In this document: one piece after another, positions 26,647 through 32,000 of the stretch
Numbering within the stretch: position 1 is the stretch's first letter
Layout of the letters: every line of letters begins with the position of its first letter
Source of the DNA: Phycisphaera mikurensis NBRC 102666
GTDB lineage: Bacteria; Planctomycetota; Phycisphaerae; Phycisphaerales; Phycisphaeraceae
Direction: 5' to 3'
DNA: 32,000 bases
NCBI RefSeq assembly: GCF_000284115.1
Contig: NC_017080.1
Span: forward strand, 2,220,001 to 2,252,000
Made by a program: the position numbers and the translations under genes
The notes under the pieces: model-generated
What the model saw: the letters and a program-made list of their open reading frames with translations, nothing else
The model's database searches: none
What the model was told of the DNA's origin: nothing

Positions 26647-26697
26647 GCACGCGGGAAAGCAGCGACCGCCGTTCCCGGCGGGCGGTGCGGGGAGAGT

Positions 26698-27642
26698 TCA
26701 GAAGTCCCAGGGGGAGACGCGGACGGAGTCGAAGTCGCTGCGCGGCACGCTGCTGCCGTGGCCGTCGACGAAGGCGACGTTGAGCGCACCGTTGTGGCGG
26801 TCGTTCTCGCTCACGTCGGCGCTCCGGGTCGTCACGTCCTTGGAGGGGAGCCCGTCGGAGAGGTACGAGAACTGAGCCATCGCGTCGAGCGTCCCGCCGA
26901 CGTTGAGGAACAGCGTCGAGAAGTACGTGGAGTCGTTCCACTGCACGGGGTTCCCGCCGGAGTTGGTGAACGGCCGCGTGCCGTAGTCGCCGTAGAGGAG
27001 TGTCTCGCTGGGCGCGGTCACGTTGTCGAGGTTGCCGCCGAGGGTGCCCTTGAGCGTCGGCGTGCCGTTGACCTCGGCGTACGCCGCGATGATCTGCCCG
27101 AAGCCGACCTGACCCCGCGTCCCGTCGGCGGTGGGGATGGCGGCGATGTCCGCGTTGACTCCATAGGAGATGGGGTCGAACTCGTTGCCGTTCGCGTCGG
27201 CCACGGTGTTGATGACGAGACGGTGCCCGGGCTGCTGCTGCTCCATGTCCGGGTCCTTCGGGCACACGAAGATCCGGGACACCTGCGGGTCGGTGTTGAG
27301 GAAGGTCTCCGAGGTGGCGCCGCCGAGGTAGGGAACCAGGGCCGAGGCCCAGTCCTTCACGAAGCGACCCGCGGGATCGGAGCGGAAGTCGTTGTACTGG
27401 GCCCACCGCGTGTTGATCACGCTGTTGTGGTCGGTGATCGTCTGGATGTGCTGCTTGTGGTCCGTGGCGAAGGTGTAGCCCGCCTGCCCGAGCGAACGCA
27501 CGTTCGCGAGGCACTTGAGGTTCTGCGCCGTGTCGCGGGCCGCACCCAGCGCGGGAAGGAGGATTCCGATCAGCAGGGCGATGATCGAGATCACCACCAG
27601 AAGCTCGATGAGCGTGAAGCCGGAGCGGGAGGAGCGGGTCAT
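26698..27642 (-). CDS. Prepilin-type pseudopilin with H-X9-DG C-terminal domain (DUF1559-like)
   Basis: MTRSSRSGFTLIELLVVISIIALLIGILLPAL type IV pilin-like N-terminus; H-NGALNVAFV-DG near the C-terminus. Confidence 0.88.
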   Translation of the reverse strand: MTRSSRSGFTLIELLVVISIIALLIGILLPALGAARDTAQNLKCLANVRSLGQAGYTFATDHKQHIQTITDHNSVINTRWAQYNDFRSDPAGRFVKDWASALVPYLGGATSETFLNTDPQVSRIFVCPKDPDMEQQQPGHRLVINTVADANGNEFDPISYGVNADIAAIPTADGTRGQVGFGQIIAAYAEVNGTPTLKGTLGGNLDNVTAPSETLLYGDYGTRPFTNSGGNPVQWNDSTYFSTLFLNVGGTLDAMAQFSYLSDGLPSKDVTTRSADVSENDRHNGALNVAFVDGHGSSVPRSDFDSVRVSPWDF

Positions 27643-27655
27643 GAGAAGCCTTGGT

Positions 27656-27674
27656 GGAGGTGAAACGGTTAACC
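27656..27674. promoter_or_regulatory. Candidate LacI-family operator, pseudopilin-proximal
   Basis: Minus strand GGTTAACCGTTTCACCTCC, 17/19 identical to 27930-27948. Confidence 0.45.
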
Positions 27675-27929
27675 CGGAGCGGGTGGATGGAAGAGAATCC
27701 TCCCAAGCGGGAGGAAAAGGCCCGGCAAGCGGGGCATGAGATCGGGAGCAAGGGGGTGACTTCAACCCCCGGTCGGGCGAAATCGGCGAGAACTCGGGAG
27801 GCAGGAGGTGCGATTCCGGAGAAACGTCCGGAACGTCCGCGGATCGGGCCGCAAACGGGGGTCCACGATACACCGTCCGCGGAGGGAGTCAAGCGCAGCA
27901 CCGTGGAAGTTGCGTGCGCGGCGGCGGGA

Positions 27930-27948
27930 GGTAAACTGTTTCACCTCC
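27930..27948. promoter_or_regulatory. Candidate LacI-family operator, lacI-proximal
   Basis: Plus strand GGTAAACTGTTTCACCTCC inside GGGAGGTAAAC-T-GTTTCACCTCCC, ~40 nt upstream of the regulator start. Confidence 0.5.
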
Positions 27949-27989
27949 CGGCGGCTCGATTCTTCCTCCACGCCCCTCCGGCGGCTCCC

Positions 27990-29039
27990 ATGCGAAACGC
28001 TCCAGGCACCACCTCCCGCAAGCGGGTCGGCATCCGCGACATCGCCGCCAGCGCCGGCGTCTCCACGGCCACCGTGTCGATGGTGCTCAACGACAACCCG
28101 AAGATCTCCGACGCGACCCGCGACCGGGTGCGGGCGGAGATCGATCGGTCGGGCTACCAGCCCAACCGGATCGCCCAGTCGCTCTCGGGCAAGTACACGC
28201 GGGTGATCGGCATCCTGCTGCCCGAGCTTCGGCACACGCTGGCGGACCCCTACTTCGGCGAGGTCATCTCCGGCGTGTGCGACCGTGCGGCGCAGCTGGG
28301 CCACAAGGTGACGCTGGAGAGCGCGCGACCGGACTTCATCCGCGAGCGGAAGCACCTGGAGCTGTTCGAACGGCGCTTCGTCGATGGCGTGCTGTGCATC
28401 GGCTTCGACGACCGACACAACTTCCTGGGCGACTTCTCGGCGGCGGGGCACCCGATGCTGGTGGTCAACAACCGCTTCGACGGGCTCGGCGAGGCGACCG
28501 GCGTCGTGCTCTGCGACTACGCCGCGGGGGCGGAGCGGGCGCTCGCGTACCTCGACCAGCTGGGCCACCGGCGCGTCGGGATGGTCTACGGCAGCCGCGA
28601 CGTCCACACCTCGCGCCTGCTCGTCGACGCCTTCGAGAAGCGGCACCACGCCTTCGACCCGTCGCTGCTGGAGGAGGGCCGCTTCGCCGAGGACCCGGGG
28701 CAGGCCGCCGCCGCCGCCCTGCTCGATCGGCACCCGGACCTCACCGCCCTGTTCTGCGGCAACGACAAGATGGCGCTCGGGGCGGTCCGCGAGCTGACCG
28801 ACCGCGGCTTGCGCGTGCCCGAGGACGTCTCGGTGATCGGCTTCGACGACCTGCCCTACGCCCGCTTCATGAACCCCGCACTCTCGACGGTCCACTTGCC
28901 CTTCTACGAGGTGGGCGACCTCGCCTGCGAGCGACTGGTCGAGCGGATCCGCGGCCGCAAGAAGCCGGTCGACGAGACGCTGCCGACCCGCCTGGTCATC
29001 CGCGAATCCACCGGCCGCGCCACCCCCCGGCGCCGCTGA
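27990..29039 (+). CDS. LacI-family transcriptional regulator
   Basis: N-terminal HTH VGIRDIAASAGVSTATVSMVLNDNPKISDATRDRVRAEIDRSGYQPNRIAQSL; periplasmic-binding-like core with NDKMALGAVRELTDRGLRVPEDVSVIGFDDLPYARFMNPALSTV. Confidence 0.95.
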   Translation: MRNAPGTTSRKRVGIRDIAASAGVSTATVSMVLNDNPKISDATRDRVRAEIDRSGYQPNRIAQSLSGKYTRVIGILLPELRHTLADPYFGEVISGVCDRAAQLGHKVTLESARPDFIRERKHLELFERRFVDGVLCIGFDDRHNFLGDFSAAGHPMLVVNNRFDGLGEATGVVLCDYAAGAERALAYLDQLGHRRVGMVYGSRDVHTSRLLVDAFEKRHHAFDPSLLEEGRFAEDPGQAAAAALLDRHPDLTALFCGNDKMALGAVRELTDRGLRVPEDVSVIGFDDLPYARFMNPALSTVHLPFYEVGDLACERLVERIRGRKKPVDETLPTRLVIRESTGRATPRRR

Positions 29040-29072
29040 ATCTTCTTCTCCGTCCACTCTCGGACCCTCCTC

Positions 29073-31889
29073 ATGCGTGTTCTCCCTGTCCTCCTCGCCG
29101 CTGTCTTGCTCGCGGTGCCCTCGGCGGCCGATCCGGTCGTCTTCTCCCTCGACGTCGCCGGCTTCGAGCACAAGCCGCGGACCGTTGCCGTCGCGGGCGA
29201 TTTCAACGCGTGGTCCGCGGATGCGGACCCGATGGCGCCCGACGGCGGCGCGCCCAACCGCTGGTCGGCGACGGTGGACCTGCCGCCGGGCCTGACCCGG
29301 TACAAGTTCGTGATCGACGGCAGCCGCTGGATCGCCGACCCGACGGCGGAGCGGGGCGAGCCCGACGGCCAGGGTGGCACCAACTCGGTCGTGCTCGTCG
29401 GCGGCGAGGCGGCGCTCGCGGCGAGCACGCACCGCTTCGAGCTGGACGCCCGCGGCTGGGACGACAAGCCCTTGACCGTGAACCTCGCCGGCGCGTTCAA
29501 CGGCTGGAGCAAGACCCACACGCCGATGCAGGAGGTGGCTCCGGGTGTCTTCGAGGTGAGCGTGGCGCTGCCGGATGGGATCCACCCGTACAAGTTCGTC
29601 GTCGACGGCGACCGCTGGGTGAACGACGAGAAGCACAGCGACGAGAGCCTGGAGGAGAGCGACGGCAACGGCGGCGTGAACTCCGCCGTGCTCATCGGCT
29701 TCGACGCCCGGGCGCTGCCCGCGCCCAAGCCGGACCACCTCAGCGTCGAGGCGATGAGCCACCGGTCCGGGGACTTCCTGCACCTCAGCGTCGCCTCACC
29801 GGGGCTCGTGCTGCTGGGCGTGGACACGCAGGCGGGCGACGCCGAGCGGGTGCGCGTCCACACGCGGACCGGCGGCGGCGACTGGTCGACGCACGAGCTC
29901 GCGAAGCAGCAGACCAAGTTGGGGCTCACGACCTTCGGCGGGCTCGTGCGGCTGGGCGGACCCGCCGACGCGGGCGACGCGCGTGAGGACCTGGAGCTGA
30001 GCTACGTCTTCGAGGCCGTCGACGGCGACGCCCGGGCGTTCCTCGGCGCCGGCGGCGTGGCGGGCGGGCTCGACGCGGCGGAGCCGTTCGCCACCGAGCT
30101 GACGCCGGGCTTCCAGACGCCCGAGTGGGCGAAGGACGCCGTCTGGTACCAGGTCTTCGTCGAGCGCTTCCGCAACGGCAACCCCGCCAACGACCCCGGC
30201 GCCTACCCCTACGAGAACCTGCTGCCGTGGACCAGCGACTGGTGGGAGACGCACACCGCCTTCGGCGAGGCGGCCGGCGAGGAGAACTTCTACGAGGGCG
30301 CCGGCAACGTGTGGGCCCGCCGCTACGGCGGCGACATCCAGGGCCTGCAGGAGGCGCTGCCGTACCTGAAGGAGCTCGGCATCACCGCCCTGTACCTCAA
30401 CCCGATCTTCGAGGCCGACTCGATGCACAAGTACGACACGGCGGACTTCCGCCACGTCGACGACAACTTCGGGATCCTCGCAGAGAAGCGCTTCGAGCAG
30501 GTGGCCGGCGAGACCGACGACCCGGCGACGTGGAAGATCACGCCGTCGGATCGGGTGTTCCTCGACTTCCTGGAGGTCGCCCACGCCCAGGGCTTCAAGG
30601 TCGTCATCGACGGCGTGTTCAACCACACCGGCACCGCGCACCCCTTCTTCCAGGACGTGCTCATGCACGGCCCCGAGTCGGAGTACGCCGACTGGTTCGA
30701 GGTCACCGACTGGGGCGACCCCGCGAACTGGGGCAAGCCGGAGATGGCCGGCGAGCCCGGCGGCATCCAGTACAACGCCTGGGACGGGCCCAGCGGCGCG
30801 CTGCCGGTGTTCAAGAACGACCCGCAGACCGGCTTGGCGCCGGGGCCGCGCGAGCACATCTTCGCGATCACGAAGCGGTGGCTGGATCCCGACGGCGACG
30901 GCGACCCCAGCGACGGCGTAGACGGCTGGCGGCTCGACGTGCCCGGCGACATCGCCCACCCCTTCTGGATCGACTGGCGGAAGGTCGTGAAGGATGTCAA
31001 CCCCGACGCCTACATCGTCGGCGAGATCTGGCCCTGGGCCCACCCCTGGCTCCAGGGCGATCAATTCGACGCGGTCATGAACTACCAGTTCGCGATGCCC
31101 GCGACCGACTTCTTCGCCGACGTGGAGAACCCGATGCCGCCGAGCGTCTTCGCCGAGCGGATGCTCCGCGTGGCGTACGGCTACCCCATGCAGGTCGCGC
31201 TCGCGCAGCAGAACCTCTACGGCAGCCACGACACCGACCGCTTGGCGTCGATGTTCGTGAACACGGACCGTCCCTACGACGGGATGAACCGGATCCAGGA
31301 CTCGGACCCGAGCTACGACAAGCGGAAGCCCGACGCCGAGGAGTGGGCGCGGATGCGGCAGGCGGTCGTCTTCCAGCACGCCTTCCTCGGGGCGCCGATG
31401 ACCTACTACGGCGACGAGGCCGGGATGTGGGGCCCGGACGACCCGAGCAACCGGGCGCCGATGGTGTGGCCGGACGCGGGCACCTTCGAGCAGGAAGGCG
31501 TGGGCTTCGACCCGGAGATGTACGCCTTCTTCCGCCGCGTCATCGCGATCCGCCAGCACCTGCCGGCGCTGCAGCGGGGCGCCTTCAACGTGGTGCTCGC
31601 CGACGACGACGCCGGCGTGTTCGCCTTCGAGCGGGTGCTCGGAGACGAGCGGGTCGTGGTGGTCCACAACCGCAGCGGGCGGGCCCGCGACGTGGAGGTG
31701 CCGGTGGACGCCGAGCGGGTGCTCGACCTGCTGGACCCGGCGACGGCTTCGGTGCCCGCGCCGGATCTCGCGGACCCGCAGCGGCCGGAGCTGGAGGTCC
31801 GCGGCGACGGCCCGGTGCTGCGGGCGAGCGGCGGCGAAGCCACCGTGCGGCTGCCCGCCTGGGGCAGCGCGATCCTCGTCGCTCCATGA
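29073..31889 (+). CDS. Secreted GH13 enzyme (neopullulanase/cyclomaltodextrinase-like) with two N-terminal CBM48/E-set-like modules
   Basis: Signal peptide; repeated GDFNAWSADADPM...YKFVIDG.W and GAFNGWSKTHTPM...YKFVVDGDRW; GH13 motifs VIDGVFNHTG, VDGWRLDVPGDI, YIVGEIWPWA, GSHDTDRLASMF. Confidence 0.92.
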   Translation: MRVLPVLLAAVLLAVPSAADPVVFSLDVAGFEHKPRTVAVAGDFNAWSADADPMAPDGGAPNRWSATVDLPPGLTRYKFVIDGSRWIADPTAERGEPDGQGGTNSVVLVGGEAALAASTHRFELDARGWDDKPLTVNLAGAFNGWSKTHTPMQEVAPGVFEVSVALPDGIHPYKFVVDGDRWVNDEKHSDESLEESDGNGGVNSAVLIGFDARALPAPKPDHLSVEAMSHRSGDFLHLSVASPGLVLLGVDTQAGDAERVRVHTRTGGGDWSTHELAKQQTKLGLTTFGGLVRLGGPADAGDAREDLELSYVFEAVDGDARAFLGAGGVAGGLDAAEPFATELTPGFQTPEWAKDAVWYQVFVERFRNGNPANDPGAYPYENLLPWTSDWWETHTAFGEAAGEENFYEGAGNVWARRYGGDIQGLQEALPYLKELGITALYLNPIFEADSMHKYDTADFRHVDDNFGILAEKRFEQVAGETDDPATWKITPSDRVFLDFLEVAHAQGFKVVIDGVFNHTGTAHPFFQDVLMHGPESEYADWFEVTDWGDPANWGKPEMAGEPGGIQYNAWDGPSGALPVFKNDPQTGLAPGPREHIFAITKRWLDPDGDGDPSDGVDGWRLDVPGDIAHPFWIDWRKVVKDVNPDAYIVGEIWPWAHPWLQGDQFDAVMNYQFAMPATDFFADVENPMPPSVFAERMLRVAYGYPMQVALAQQNLYGSHDTDRLASMFVNTDRPYDGMNRIQDSDPSYDKRKPDAEEWARMRQAVVFQHAFLGAPMTYYGDEAGMWGPDDPSNRAPMVWPDAGTFEQEGVGFDPEMYAFFRRVIAIRQHLPALQRGAFNVVLADDDAGVFAFERVLGDERVVVVHNRSGRARDVEVPVDAERVLDLLDPATASVPAPDLADPQRPELEVRGDGPVLRASGGEATVRLPAWGSAILVAP

Positions 31890-31938
31890 TGCCGGCCGCC
31901 CGCCTGGGCTTGGTTCCCCCTCCTCCTCCGGACTCCCG

Positions 31939-32000
31939 ATGCGAATGCTCCCTCTGCTCATCCTCGCCGCCGCCGCCGCGACGCTCCCCGCTTGCGCGAC
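31939..32000 (+). CDS. Start of a possible lipoprotein, truncated by the window edge
   Basis: ATG at 31939: MRMLPLLILAAAAATLPACA, lipobox-like LPAC; too short to identify. Confidence 0.45.
   Translation, partial: MRMLPLLILAAAAATLPACA

Noticed and set aside
1-32000. tRNA, rRNA, prophage, transposase or classical defence genes
   Set aside because: None recognised by motif on reading; tRNAscan-SE, Infernal or HMM searches would be needed to exclude small or divergent ones.

Overview
High-GC bacterial window of Planctomycetes/Phycisphaerae-like character, inferred from PEP-CTERM proteins, an H-X9-DG pseudopilin and dockerin-like cellulosome-style repeats. Most of it is dense core metabolism and signalling: the tail of an unidentified protein, SppA-like peptidase, a LarC1-only protein, M48 peptidase, two-domain ThiE, polytopic GT-C-like membrane protein, GalE, REC-GGDEF-EAL protein, PAS histidine kinase, aldo/keto reductase, transketolase, MtnP, acetolactate synthase and two hypotheticals. 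The accessory-looking part is 20.5-32 kb. It holds a noncoding array of 7 x ~107-bp tandem repeats, each with two quasi-palindromes. Next to it is a probable starch/alpha-glucan locus: a GH13 amylase with dockerin-like repeats and PEP-CTERM, two small PEP-CTERM proteins, an H-X9-DG pseudopilin, a LacI regulator and a second secreted GH13 with a duplicated N-terminal starch-binding-like domain. Two regulatory signals stand out. One is an identical 24-nt hairpin-forming element about 30 nt upstream of both small PEP-CTERM genes. The other is a near-identical 19-nt motif upstream of both divergent genes at the lacI/pseudopilin junction. No rRNA, tRNA or CRISPR was recognised.
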